Part shown: positions 8,798 to 24,300 of the stretch, one piece after another | How positions within the stretch are numbered: position 1 is the stretch's first letter | Layout: every line of letters starts with the position of its first letter | Assembly (NCBI GenBank): GCA_964057225.1 | Contig: OZ059894.1 | Coordinates: forward strand, 21,080,001-21,144,000 | Direction: 5' to 3' | Source: Auanema rhodensis | Lineage: Eukaryota; Animalia; Nematoda | Length of the DNA: 64,000 bases | Program-made: the position numbers and the translations under genes | The notes under the pieces: model-generated | Database searches by the model: none | What the model saw: only the letters and a program-made list of their open reading frames with translations | Told to the model about the DNA's origin: nothing

Positions 8798-11700
8798 GAA
8801 AAATTTCAAAATAATTTAGCAAAAAGTAGATGTTTTTAGATTCCTTTTTTCAAGGCAAAGACGATGGACAATGTTATTCAACGAAAAAATTAATTCTTCA
8901 GGGTGAAAATCGAGGATATAAGTGTGAACTTATATCAGTTGATATCTCGGTGCATTTTTAAGCTAGCGCAAATCTGATAACACAGATCGACGCAGCTTAA
9001 AAATCCGCATCAAATGCACTATACTACATTGAGAAACGCTTAATACAAAAATTAGTTATGATCGTTTGAAAAATGATGCATTAGTGTATGTTGAGTTTCC
9101 ATGTACACTCAACATTGCTTCCAAAAACATTTTGACAAAAATTTTTTCGAAAAATTTCAAAATAATTTAGCAAAAAGTAGATGTTTTTAGATTCCTTTTT
9201 TCAAGGCAAAGACGATGGACAATGTTATTCAACGAAAAAATTAATTCTTCAGGGTGAAAATCGAGGATATAAGTGTGAACTTATATCAGTTGATATCTCG
9301 GTGCATTTTCAAGCTAGCGCAAATCTGATAACACAGAACGACGCAGCTTAAAAATCCGCATCGAATGCACTATACTACATTGAGAAACGCTTAATACAAA
9401 AATTAGTTATGATCGTTTGAAAAATGATGCATTAGTGTATGTTGAGTTTCCATGTACACTCAACATTGCTTCCAAAAACATTTTGACAAAAATTTTTTCG
9501 AAAAATTTCAAAATAATTTAGCAAAAAGTAGTAATTTTAGATTCCATTTTTCAAGGCAAAGACGATGGACAAAGTTATTCAACGAAAAAATTAATTCTTC
9601 AGGGTTAAAATCGAGGATATAAGTGTGAACATATATCAGTTGATATCTCGGTGCATTTTTAAGCTAGCGCAAATCTGATAACACAGATCGACGCAGCTTA
9701 AAAATCCGCATCGAATGCACTATACTACATTGAGAAACGCTTAATACAAAAATTAGTTATGATCGTTTGAAAAATGATGCATTAGTGTATGTTGAGTTTC
9801 CATGTACACTCAACATTGCTTCCAAAAACATTTTGACAAAAATTTTTTCGAAAAATTTCAAAATAATTTAGCAAAAAGTAGATGTTTTTAGATTCCTTTT
9901 TTTAAGGCAAAGACGATGGACAATGTTATTCAACGAAAAAATTAATTCTTCAGGGTGAAAATCGAGGATATAAGTGTGAATTTATATCAGTTGATATCTC
10001 GGTGCATTTTTAAGCTAGCGCAAATCTGATAACACAGAACGACGCAGCTTAAAAATCCGCATCGAATGCACTATACTACATTGAGAAACGCTTAATACAA
10101 AAATTAGTTATGATCGTTTGAAAAATGATGCATTAGTGTATGTTGAGTTTCCATGTACACTCAACATTGCTTCCAAAAACATTTTGACAAAAATTTTTTC
10201 GAAAAATTTCAAAATAATTTAGCAAAAAGTAGATGTTTTTAGATTCCTTTTTTTAAGGCAAAGACGATGGACAATGTTATTCAACGAAAAAATTAATTCT
10301 TCAGGGTGAAAATCGAGGATATAAGTGTGAATTTATATCAGTTGATATCTCGGTGCATTTTTAAGCTAGCGCAAATCTGATAACACAGAACGACGCAGCT
10401 TAAAAATCCGCATCGAATGCACTATACTACATTGAGAAACGCTTAATACAAAAATTAGTTATGATCGTTTGAAAAATGATGCATTAGTGTATGTTGAGTT
10501 TCCATGTACACTCAACATTGCTTCCAAAAACATTTTGACAAAAATTTTTTTGAAAAATTTCAAAATAATTTAGCAAAAAGTAGATGTTTTTAGATTCCTT
10601 TTTTCAAGGCAAAGACGATGGACAATGTTATTCAACGAAAAAATTAATTCTTCAGGGTGAAAATCGAGGATATAAGTGTGAACTTATATCAGTTGATATC
10701 TCGGTGCATTTTTAAGCTAGCGCAAATCTGATAACACAGATCGACGCAGCTTAAAAATCCGCATCAAATGCACTATACTACATTGAGAAACGCTTAATAC
10801 AAAAATTAGTTATGATCGTTTGAAAAATGATGCATTAGTGTATGTTGAGTTTCCATGTACACTCAACATTGCTTCCAAAAACATTTTGACAAAAATTTTT
10901 TCGAAAAATTTCAAAATAATTTAGCAAAAAGTAGATGTTTTTAGATTCCTTTTTTCAAGGCAAAGACGATGGACAATGTTATTCAACGAAAAAATTAATT
11001 CTTCAGGGTGAAAATCGAGGATATAAGTGTGAACTTATATCAGTTGATATCTCGGTGCATTTTCAAGCTAGCGCAAATCTGATAACACAGAACGACGCAG
11101 CTTAAAAATCCGCATCGAATGCACTATACTACATTGAGAAACGCTTAATACAAAAATTAGTTATGATCGTTTGAAAAATGATGCATTAGTGTATGTTGAG
11201 TTTCCATGTACACTCAACATTGCTTCCAAAAACATTTTGACAAAAATTTTTTCGAAAAATTTCAAAATAATTTAGCAAAAAGTAGTAATTTTAGATTCCA
11301 TTTTTCAAGGCAAAGACGATGGACAAAGTTATTCAACGAAAAAATTAATTCTTCAGGGTTAAAATCGAGGATATAAGTGTGAACATATATCAGTTGATAT
11401 CTCGGTGCATTTTTAAGCTAGCGCAAATCTGATAACACAGATCGACGCAGCTTAAAAATCCGCATCGAATGCACTATACTACATTGAGAAACGCTTAATA
11501 CAAAAATTAGTTATGATCGTTTGAAAAATGATGCATTAGTGTATGTTGAGTTTCCATGTACACTCAACATTGCTTCCAAAAACATTTTGACAAAAATTTT
11601 TTCGAAAAATTTCAAAATAATTTAGCAAAAAGTAGATGTTTTTAGATTCCTTTTTTTAAGGCAAAGACGATGGACAATGTTATTCAACGAAAAAATTAAT

Positions 11701-12304
11701 TCTTCAGGGTGAAAATCGAGGATATAAGTGTGAATTTATATCAGTTGATATCTCGGTGCATTTTTAAGCTAGCGCAAATCTGATAACACAGAACGACGCA
11801 GCTTAAAAATCCGCATCGAATGCACTATACTACATTGAGAAACGCTTAATACAAAAATTAGTTATGATCGTTTGAAAAATGATGCATTAGTGTATGTTGA
11901 GTTTCCATGTACACTCAACATTGCTTCCAAAAACATTTTGACAAAAATTTTTTCGAAAAATTTCAAAATAATTTAGCAAAAAGTAGATGTTTTTAGATTC
12001 CTTTTTTTAAGGCAAAGACGATGGACAATGTTATTCAACGAAAAAATTAATTCTTCAGGGTGAAAATCGAGGATATAAGTGTGAATTTATATCAGTTGAT
12101 ATCTCGGTGCATTTTTAAGCTAGCGCAAATCTGATAACACAGAACGACGCAGCTTAAAAATCCGCATCGAATGCACTATACTACATTGAGAAACGCTTAA
12201 TACAAAAATTAGTTATGATCGTTTGAAAAATGATGCATTAGTGTATGTTGAGTTTCCATGTACACTCAACATTGCTTCCAAAAACATTTTGACAAAAATT
12301 TTTT
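8798..12304 (+). repeat. Two tandem copies of a 5-monomer higher-order unit (1754 bp)
   Basis: Rare variants recur at +1754: CATCAAATG (9011/10765), GTAGTAATTTT with a 1-bp deletion (9531/11285), plus ACAAAGTT, GGGTTAAAA and GAACATATATC (9631/11385). The match breaks at 10551 vs 12305. Confidence 0.9.
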
Positions 12305-15300
12305 CGAGAAATTTCAAAATAATTTAGCAAAAAGTAGATGTTTTTAGATTCCTTTTTTCAAGGCAAAGACGATGCACAATGTTATTCAACGAAAAAATTA
12401 ATTCTTCAGGGTGAAAATCGAGGATATAAGTGTGAACTTATATCAGTTGATATCTCGGTGCATTTTTAAGCTAGCGCAAATCTGATAACACAGATCGACG
12501 CAGCTTAAAAATCCGCATCGAATGCACTATACTACATTGAGAAACGCTTAATACAAAAATTAGTTATGATCGTTTGAAAAATGATGCATTAGTGTATGTT
12601 GAGTTTCCATGTACACTCAACATTGCTTCCAAAAACATTTTGACAAAAATTTTTTCGAAAAATTTCAAAATAATTTAGCAAAAAGTAGATGTTTTTAGAT
12701 TCCTTTTTTTAAGGCAAAGACGATGGACAATGTTATTCAACGAAAAAATTAATTCTTCAGGGTGAAAATCGAGGATATAAGTGTGAATTTATATCAGTTG
12801 ATATCTCGGTGCATTTTTAAGCTAGCGCAAATCTGATAACACAGAACGACGCAGCTTAAAAATCCGCATCGAATGCACTATACTACATTGAGAAACGCTT
12901 AATACAAAAATTAGTTATGATCGTTTGAAAAATGATGCATTAGTGTATGTTGAGTTTCCATGTACACTCAACATTGCTTCCAAAAACATTTTGACAAAAA
13001 TTTTTTTGAAAAATTTCAAAATAATTTAGCAAAAAGTAGATGTTTTTAGATTTCTTTTTTCAAGGCAAAGACGATGCACAATGTTATTCAACGAAAAAAT
13101 TAATTCTTCAGGGTGAAAATCGAGGATATAAGTGTGAACTTATATCAGTTGATATCTCGGTGCATTTTTAAGCTAGCGCAAATCTGATAACACAGAACGA
13201 CGCAGCTTAAAAATCCGCATCGAATGCACTATACTACATTGAGAAACGCTTAATACAAAAATTAGTTATGATCGTTTGAAAAATGATGCATTAGTGTATG
13301 TTGAGTTTCCATGTACACTCAACATTGCTTCCAAAAACATTTTGACAAAAATTTTTTCGAGAAATTTCAAAATAATTTAGCAAAAAGTAGATGTTTTTAG
13401 ATTCCTTTTTTCAAGGCAAAGACGATGGACAATGTTATTCAACGAAAAAATTAATTCTTCAGGGTGAAAATCGAGGATATAAGTGTGAACTTATATCAGT
13501 TGATATCTCGGTGCATTTTTAAGCTAGCGCAAATCTGATAACACAGATCGACGCAGCTTAAAAATCCGCATCGAATGCACTATACTACATTGAGAAACGC
13601 TTAATACAAAAATTAGTTATGATCGTTTGAAAAATGATGCATTAGTGTATGTTGAGTTTCCATGTACACTCAACATTGCTTCCAAAAACATTTTGACAAA
13701 AATTTTTTCGAAAAATTTCAAAATAATTTAGCAAAAAGTAGATGTTTTTAGATTCCTTTTTTCAAGGCAAAGACGATGGACAATGTTATTCAACGAAAAA
13801 ATTAATTCTTCAGGGTGAAAATCGAGGATATAAGTGTGAACTTATATCAGTTGATATCTCGGTGCATTTTTAAGCTAGCGCAAATCTGATAACACAGATC
13901 GACGCAGCTTAAAAATCCGCATCGAATGCACTATACTACATTGAGAAACGCTTAATACAAAAATTAATTATGATCGTTTGAAAAATGATGCATTAGTGTA
14001 TGTTGAGTTTCCATGTACACTCAACATTGCTTCCAAAAACATTTTGACAAAAATTTTTTCGAAAAATTTCAAAATAATTTAGCAAAAAGTAGATGTTTTT
14101 AGATTCCTTTTTTCAAGGCAAAGACGATGGACAATGTTATTCAACGAAAAAATTAATTCTTCAGGGTGAAAATCGAGGATATAAGTGTGAACTTATATCA
14201 GTTGATATCTCGGTGCATTTTTAAGCTAGCGCAAATCTGATAACACAGATCGACGCAGCTTAAAAATCCGCATCGAATGCACTATACTACATTGAGAAAC
14301 GCTCAATACAAAAATTAGTTATGATCGTTTGAAAAATGATGCATTAGTGTATGTTGAGTTTCCATGTACACTCAACATTGCTTCCAAAAACATTTTGACA
14401 AAAATTTTTTCGAGAAATTTCAAAATAATTTAGCAAAAAGTAGATGTTTTTAGATTCCTTTTTTCAAGGAAAAGACGATGGACAATGTTATTCAACGAAA
14501 AAATTAATTCTTCAGGGTGAAAATCGAGGATATAAGTGTGAACTTATATCAGTTGATATCTCGGTGCATTTTTAAGCTAGCGCAAATCTGATAACACAGA
14601 TCGACGCAGCTTAAAAATCCGCATCGAATGCACTATACTACATTGAGAAACGCTTAATACAAAAATTAGTTATGATCGTTTGAAAAATGATGCATTAGTG
14701 TATGTTGAGTTTCCATGTACACTCAACATTGCTTCCAAAAACATTTTGACAAAAATTTTTTCGAAAAATTTCAAAATAATTTAGCAAAAAGTAGATGTTT
14801 TTAGATTTCTTTTTTCAAGGCAAAGACGATGGACAATGTTATTCAACGAAAAAATTAATTCTTCAGGGTGAAAATCGAGGATATAAGTGTGAACTTATAT
14901 CAGTTGATATCTCGGTGCATTTTTAAGCTAGCGCAAATCTGATAACACAGATCGACGCAGCTTAAAAATCCGCATCGAATGCACTATACTACATTGAGAA
15001 ACGCTCAATACAAAAATTAGTTATGATCGTTTGAAAAATGATGCATTAGTGTATGTTGAGTTTCCATGTACACTCAACATTGCTTCCAAAAACATTTTGA
15101 CAAAAATTTTTTCGAAAAATTTCAAAATAATTCAGCAAAAAGTAGATGTTTTTAGATTCCTTTTTTCAAGGCAAAGACGATAGACAATGTTATTCAACGA
15201 AAAAATTAATTCTTCAGGGTGAAAATCGAGGATATAAGTGTGAACTTATATCAGTTGATATCTCGGTGCATTTTTAAGCTAGCGCAAATCTGATAACACA

Positions 15301-18300
15301 GATCGACGCAGCTTAAAAATCCGCATCGAATGCACTATACTACATTGAGAAACGCTTAATACAAAAATTAGTTATGATCGTTTGAAAAATGATGCATTAG
15401 TGTATGTTGAGTTTCCATGTACACTCAACATTGCTTCCAAAAACATTTTGACAAAAATTTTTTCGAAAAATTTCAAAATAATTTAGCAAAAAGTAGATGT
15501 TTTTAGATTCCTTCTTTTCAAGGCAAAGACGATAGACAATGTTATTCAACGAAAAAATTAATTCTTCAGGGTGAAAATCGAGGATATAAGTGTGAACTTA
15601 TATCAGTTGATATCTCGGTGCATTTTTAAGCTAGCGCAAATCTGATAACACATATCGACGCAGCTTAAAAATCCGCATCGAATGCACTATACTACATTGA
15701 GAAACGCTTAATACAAAAATTAGTTATGATCGTTCGAAAAATGATGCATTAGTGTATGTTGAGTTTCCATGTACACTCAACATTGCTTCCAAAAACATTT
15801 TGACAAAAATTTTTTTGAAAAATTTCAAAATAATTTAGCAAAAAGTAGATGTTTTTAGATTCCTTTTTTCAAGGCAAAGACGATGGACAATGTTATTCAA
15901 CGAAAAAATTAATTCTTCAGGGTGAAAATCGAGGATATAAGTGTGAACTTATATCAGTTGATATCTCGGTGCATTTTTAAGCTAGCGCAAATCTGATAAC
16001 ACAGAACGACGCAGCTTAAAAATCCGCATCGAATGCACTATACTACATTGAGAAACGCTTAATACAAAAATTAGTTATGATCGTTTGAAAAATGATGCAT
16101 TAGTGTATGTTGAGTTTCCATGTACACTCAACATTGCTTCCAAAAACATTTTGACAAAAATTTTTTCGAGAAATTTCAAAATAATTTAGCAAAAAGTAGA
16201 TGTTTTTAGATTCCTTTTTTCAAGGCAAAGACGATGGACAATGTTATTCAACGAAAAAATTAATTCTTCAGGGTGAAAATCGAGGATATAAGTGTGAACT
16301 TATATCAGTTGATATCTCGGTGCATTTTTAAGCTAGCGCAAATCTGATAACACAGATCGACGCAGCTTAAAAATCCGCATCGAATGCACTATACTACATT
16401 GAGAAACGCTCAATACAAAAATTAGTTATGATCGTTTGAAAAATGATGCATTAGTGTATGTTGAGTTTCCATGTACACTCAACATTGCTTCCAAAAACAT
16501 TTTGACAAAAATTTTTTCGAAAAATTTCAAAATAATTTAGCAAAAAGTAGATGTTTTTAGATTCCTTTTTTCAAGGCAAAGACGATGGACAATGTTATTC
16601 AACGAAAAAATTAATTCTTCAGGGTGAAAATCGAGGATATAAGTGTGAACTTATATCAGTTGATATCTCGGTGCATTTTTAAGCTAGCGCAAATCTGATA
16701 ACACAGAACGACGCAGCTTAAAAATTCGCATCGAATGCACTATACTACATTGAAAAACGCTTAATACAAAAATTAGTTATGATCGTTTGAAAAATGATGC
16801 ATTAGTGTATGTTGAGTTTCCATGTACACTCAACATTGCTTCCAAAAACATTTTGACAAAAATTTTTTCGAAAAATTTCGAAATAATTTAGCAAAAAGTA
16901 GATGTTTTTAGATTCCATTTTTCAAGGCAAAGACGATGGACAATGTTATTCAACGAAAAAACTAATTCTTCAGGGTGAAAATCGAGGATATAAGTGTGAA
17001 CTTATATCAGTTGATATCTCGGTGCATTTTTAAGCTAGCGCAAATCTGATAACACAGATCGACGCAGCTTAAAAATCCGCATCGAATGCACTATACTACA
17101 TTGAGAAACGCTTAATACAAAAATTAGTTATGATCGTTTGAAAAATGATGCATTAGTGTATGTTGAGTTTCCATGTACACTCAACATTGCTTCCAAAAAC
17201 ATTTTGACAAAAATTTTTTCGAAAAATTTCAAAATAATTTAGCAAAAAGTAGATGTTTTTAGATTCCTTTTTTCAAGGCAAAGACGATAGACAATGTTAT
17301 TCAACGAAAAAATTAATTCTTCAGGGTGAAAATCGAGGATATAAGTGTGAACTTATATCAGTTGATATCTCGGTGCATTTTTAAGCTAGCGCAAATCTGA
17401 TAACACAGAACGACGCAGTTTAAAAATCCGCATCGAATGCACTATACTACATTGAGAAACGCTTAATACAAAAATTAGTTATGATCGTTTGAAAAATGAT
17501 GCATTAGTGTATGTTGAGTTTCCATGTACACTCAACATTGCTTCCAAAAACATTTTGACAAAAATTTTTTCGAAAAATTTCGAAATAATTTAGCAAAAAG
17601 TAGATGTTTTTAGATTCCATTTTTCAAGGCAAAGACGATGGACAATGTTATTCAACGAAAAAACTAATTCTTCAGGGTGAAAATCGAGGATATAAGTGTG
17701 AACTTATATCAGTTGATATCTCGGTGCATTTTTAAGCTAGCGCAAATCTGATAACACAGATCGACGCAGCTTAAAAATCCGCATCGAATGCACTATACTA
17801 CATTGAGAAACGCTTAATACAAAAATTAGTTATGATCGTTTGAAAAATGATGCATTAGTGTATGTTGAGTTTCCATGTACACTCAACATTGCTTCCAAAA
17901 ACATTTTGACAAAAATTTTTTCGAAAAATTTCGAAATAATTTAGCAAAAAGTAGATGTTTTTAGATTCCATTTTTCAAGGCAAAGACGATGGACAATGTT
18001 ATTCAACGAAAAAACTAATTCTTCAGGGTGAAAATCGAGGATATAAGTGTGAACTTATATCAGTTGATATCTCGGTGCATTTTTAAGCTAGCGCAAATCT
18101 GATAACACAGATCGACGCAGCTTAAAAATCCGCATCGAATGCACTATACTACATTGAGAAACGCTTAATACAAAAATTAGTTATGATCGTTTGAAAAATG
18201 ATGCATTAGTGTATGTTGAGTTTCCATGTACACTCAACATTGCTTCCAAAAACATTTTGACAAAAATTTTTTCGAAAAATTTCAAAATAATTTAGCAAAA

Positions 18301-21300
18301 AGTAGATGTTTTTAGATTCCTTTTTTCAAGGCAAAGACGATAGACAATGTTATTCAACGAAAAAATTAATTCTTCAGGGTGAAAATCGAGGATATAAGTG
18401 TGAACTTATATCAGTTGATATCTCGGTGCATTTTTAAGCTAGCGCAAATCTGATAACACAGAACGACGCAGTTTAAAAATCCGCATCGAATGCACTATAC
18501 TACATTGAGAAACGCTTAATACAAAAATTAGTTATGATCGTTTGAAAAATGATGCATTAGTGTATGTTGAGTTTCCATGTACACTCAACATTGCTTCCAA
18601 AAACATTTTGACAAAAATTTTTTCGAAAAATTTCGAAATAATTTAGCAAAAAGTAGATGTTTTTAGATTCCATTTTTCAAGGCAAAGACGATGGACAATG
18701 TTATTCAACGAAAAAACTAATTCTTCAGGGTGAAAATCGAGGATATAAGTGTGAACTTATATCAGTTGATATCTCGGTGCATTTTTAAGCTAGCGCAAAT
18801 CTGATAACACAGATCGACGCAGCTTAAAAATCCGCATCGAATGCACTATACTACATTGAGAAACGCTTAATACAAAAATTAGTTATGATCGTTTGAAAAA
18901 TGATGCATTAGTGTATGTTGAGTTTCCATGTACACTCAACATTGCTTCCAAAAACATTTTGACAAAAATTTTTTCGAAAAATTTCAAAATAATTTAGCAA
19001 AAAGTAGATGTTTTTAGATTCCTTTTTTCAAGGCAAAGACGATAGACAATGTTATTCAAGGAAAAAATTAATTCTTCAGGGTGAAAATCGAGGATATAAG
19101 TGTGAACTTATATCAGTTGATATCTCGGTGCATTTTTAAGCTAGCACAAATCTGATAACACAGAACGACGCAGTTTAAAAATCCGCATCGAATGCACTAT
19201 ACTACATTGAGAAACGCTTAATACAAAAATTAGTTATGATCGTTTGAAAAATGATGCATTAGTGTATGTTGAGTTTCCATGTACACTCAACATTGCTTCC
19301 AAAAACATTTTGACAAAAATTTTTTCGAGAAATTTCAAAATAATTTAGCAAAAAGTAGATGTTTTTAGATTCCTTTTTTCAAGGCAAAGACGATGGACAT
19401 TGTTATTCAACGAAAAAATTAATTCTTCAGGGTGAAAATCGAGGATATAAGTGTGAACTTATATCAGTTGATATCTCGGTGCATTTTTAAGCTAGCGCAA
19501 ATCTGATAACACAGAACGACGCAGCTTAAAAATTCGCATCGAATGCACTATACTACATTGAAAAACGCTTAATACAAAAATTAGTTATGATCGTTTGAAA
19601 AATGATGCATTAGTGTATGTTGAGTTTCCATGTACACTCAACATTGCTTCCAAAAACATTTTGACAAAAATTTTTTCGAGAAATTTCAAAATAATTTAGC
19701 AAAAAGTAGATGTTTTTAGATTCCTTTTTTCAAGGCAAAGACGATGGACAATGTTATTCAACGAAAAAATTAATTCTTCAGGGTGAAAATCGAGGATATA
19801 AGTGTGAACTTATATCAGTTGATATCTCGGTGCATTTTTAAGCTAGCGCAAATCTGATAACACAGATCGACGCAGCTTAAAAATCCGCATCGAATGCACT
19901 ATACTACATTGAGAAACGCTTAATACAAAAATTAGTTATGATCGTTTGAAAAATGATGCATTAGTGTATGTTGAGTTTCCATGTACACTCAACATTGCTT
20001 CCAAAAACATTTTGACAAAAATTTTTTCGAAAAATTTCAAAATAATTTAGCAAAAAGTAGATGTTTTTAGATTCCTTTTTTCAAGGCAAAGACGATAGAC
20101 AATGTTATTCAACGAAAAAATTAATTCTTCAGGGTGAAAATCGAGGATATAAGTGTGAACTTATATCAGTTGATATCTCGGTGCATTTTTAAGCTAGCGC
20201 AAATCTGATAACACAGAACGACGCAGCTTAAAAATTCGCATCGAATGCACTATACTACATTGAAAAACGCTTAATACAAAAATTAGTTATGATCGTTTGA
20301 AAAATGATGCATTAGTGTATGTTGAGTTTCCATGTACACTCAACATTGCTTCCAAAAACATTTTGACAAAAATTTTTTCGAAAAATTTCGAAATAATTTA
20401 GCAAAAAGTAGATGTTTTTAGATTCCATTTTTCAAGGCAAAGACGATGGACAATGTTATTCAACGAAAAAACTAATTCTTCAGGGTGAAAATCGAGGATA
20501 TAAGTGTGAACTTATATCAGTTGATATCTCGGTGCATTTTTAAGCTAGCGCAAATCTGATAACACAGATCGACGCAGCTTAAAAATCCGCATCGAATGCA
20601 CTATACTACATTGAGAAACGCTTAATACAAAAATTAGTTATGATCGTTTGAAAAATGATGCATTAGTGTATGTTGAGTTTCCATGTACACTCAACATTGC
20701 TTCCAAAAACATTTTGACAAAAATTTTTTCGAAAAATTTCAAAATAATTTAGCAAAAAGTAGATGTTTTTAGATTCCTTTTTTCAAGGCAAAGACGATAG
20801 ACAATGTTATTCAACGAAAAAATTAATTCTTCAGGGTGAAAATCGAGGATATAAGTGTGAACTTATATCAGTTGATATCTCGGTGCATTTTTAAGCTAGC
20901 GCAAATCTGATAACACAGAACGACGCAGTTTAAAAATCCGCATCGAATGCACTATACTACATTGAGAAACGCTTAATACAAAAATTAGTTATGATCGTTT
21001 GAAAAATGATGCATTAGTGTATGTTGAGTTTCCATGTACACTCAACATTGCTTCCAAAAACATTTTGACAAAAATTTTTTCGAGAAATTTCAAAATAATT
21101 TAGCAAAAAGTAGATGTTTTTAGATTCCTTTTTTCAAGGCAAAGACGATGGACATTGTTATTCAACGAAAAAATTAATTCTTCAGGGTGAAAATCGAGGA
21201 TATAAGTGTGAACTTATATCAGTTGATATCTCGGTGCATTTTTAAGCTAGCGCAAATCTGATAACACAGAACGACGCAGCTTAAAAATTCGCATCGAATG

Positions 21301-24300
21301 CACTATACTACATTGAAAAACGCTTAATACAAAAATTAGTTATGATCGTTTGAAAAATGATGCATTAGTGTATGTTGAGTTTCCATGTACACTCAACATT
21401 GCTTCCAAAAACATTTTGACAAAAATTTTTTCGAGAAATTTCAAAATAATTTAGCAAAAAGTAGATGTTTTTAGATTCCTTTTTTCAAGGCAAAGACGAT
21501 GGACAATGTTATTCAACGAAAAAATTAATTCTTCAGGGTGAAAATCGAGGATATAAGTGTGAACTTATATCAGTTGATATCTCGGTGCATTTTTAAGCTA
21601 GCGCAAATCTGATAACACAGATCGACGCAGCTTAAAAATCCGCATCGAATGCACTATACTACATTGAGAAACGCTTAATACAAAAATTAGTTATGATCGT
21701 TTGAAAAATGATGCATTAGTGTATGTTGAGTTTCCATGTACACTCAACATTGCTTCCAAAAACATTTTGACAAAAATTTTTTCGAAAAATTTCAAAATAA
21801 TTTAGCAAAAAGTAGATGTTTTTAGATTCCTTTTTTCAAGGCAAAGACGATAGACAATGTTATTCAACGAAAAAATTAATTCTTCAGGGTGAAAATCGAG
21901 GATATAAGTGTGAACTTATATCAGTTGATATCTCGGTGCATTTTTAAGCTAGCGCAAATCTGATAACACAGAACGACGCAGTTTAAAAATCCGCATCGAA
22001 TGCACTATACTACATTGAGAAACGCTTAATACAAAAATTAGTTATGATCGTTTGAAAAATGATGCATTAGTGTATGTTGAGTTTCCATGTACACTCAACA
22101 TTGCTTCCAAAAACATTTTGACAAAAATTTTTTCGAGAAATTTCAAAATAATTTAGCAAAAAGTAGATGTTTTTAGATTCCTTTTTTCAAGGCAAAGACG
22201 ATGGACATTGTTATTCAACGAAAAAATTAATTCTTCAGGGTGAAAATCGAGGATATAAGTGTGAACTTATATCAGTTGATATCTCGGTGCATTTTTAAGC
22301 TAGCGCAAATCTGATAACACAGAACGACGCAGCTTAAAAATTCGCATCGAATGCACTATACTACATTGAAAAACGCTTAATACAAAAATTAGTTATGATC
22401 GTTTGAAAAATGATGCATTAGTGTATGTTGAGTTTCCATGTACACTCAACATTGCTTCCAAAAACATTTTGACAAAAATTTTTTCGAGAAATTTCAAAAT
22501 AATTTAGCAAAAAGTAGATGTTTTTAGATTCCTTTTTTCAAGGCAAAGACGATGGACAATGTTATTCAACGAAAAAATTAATTCTTCAGGGTGAAAATCG
22601 AGGATATAAGTGTGAACTTATATCAGTTGATATCTCGGTGCATTTTTAAGCTAGCGCAAATCTGATAACACAGATCGACGCAGCTTAAAAATCCGCATCG
22701 AATGCACTATACTACATTGAGAAACGCTTAATACAAAAATTAGTTATGATCGTTTGAAAAATGATGCATTAGTGTATGTTGAGTTTCCATGTACACTCAA
22801 CATTGCTTCCAAAAACATTTTGACAAAAATTTTTTCGAAAAATTTCAAAATAATTTAGCAAAAAGTAGATGTTTTTAGATTCCTTTTTTCAAGGCAAAGA
22901 CGATAGACAATGTTATTCAACGAAAAAATTAATTCTTCAGGGTGAAAATCGAGGATATAAGTGTGAACTTATATCAGTTGATATCTCGGTGCATTTTTAA
23001 GCTAGCGCAAATCTGATAACACAGATCGACGCAGCTTAAAAATCCGCATCGAATGCACTATACTACATTGAGAAACGCTTAATACAAAAATTAGTTATGA
23101 TCGTTTGAAAAATGATGCATTAGTGTATGTTGAGTTTCCATGTACACTCAACATTGCTTCCAAAAACATTTTGACAAAAATTTTTTCGAAAAATTTCAAA
23201 ATAATTTAGCAAAAAGTAGATGTTTTTAGATTCCTTCTTTTCAAGGCAAAGACGATAGACAATGTTATTCAACGAAAAAATTAATTCTTCAGGGTGAAAA
23301 TCGAGGATATAAGTGTGAACTTATATCAGTTGATATCTCGGTGCATTTTTAAGCTAGCGCAAATCTGATAACACATATCGACGCAGCTTAAAAATCCGCA
23401 TCGAATGCACTATACTACATTGAGAAACGCTTAATACAAAAATTAGTTATGATCGTTTGAAAAATGATGCATTAGTGTATGTTGAGTTTCCATGTACACT
23501 CAACATTGCTTCCAAAAACATTTTGACAAAAATTTTTTCGAAAAATTTCAAAATAATTTAGCAAAAAGTAGATGTTTTTAGATTCCTTTTTTCAAGGCAA
23601 AGACGATAGACAATGTTATTCAACGAAAAAATTAATTCTTCAGGGTGAAAATCGAGGATATAAGTGTGAACTTATATCAGTTGATATCTCGGTGCATTTT
23701 TAAGCTAGCGCAAATCTGATAACACAGAACGACGCAGTTTAAAAATCCGCATCGAATGCACTATACTACATTGAGAAACGCTTAATACAAAAATTAGTTA
23801 TGATCGTTTGAAAAATGATGCATTAGTGTATGTTGAGTTTCCATGTACACTCAACATTGCTTCCAAAAACATTTTGACAAAAATTTTTTCGAGAAATTTC
23901 AAAATAATTTAGCAAAAAGTAGATGTTTTTAGATTCCTTTTTTCAAGGCAAAGACGATGGACATTGTTATTCAACGAAAAAATTAATTCTTCAGGGTGAA
24001 AATCGAGGATATAAGTGTGAACTTATATCAGTTGATATCTCGGTGCATTTTTAAGCTAGCGCAAATCTGATAACACAGAACGACGCAGCTTAAAAATTCG
24101 CATCGAATGCACTATACTACATTGAAAAACGCTTAATACAAAAATTAGTTATGATCGTTTGAAAAATGATGCATTAGTGTATGTTGAGTTTCCATGTACA
24201 CTCAACATTGCTTCCAAAAACATTTTGACAAAAATTTTTTCGAGAAATTTCAAAATAATTTAGCAAAAAGTAGATGTTTTTAGATTCCTTTTTTCAAGGC

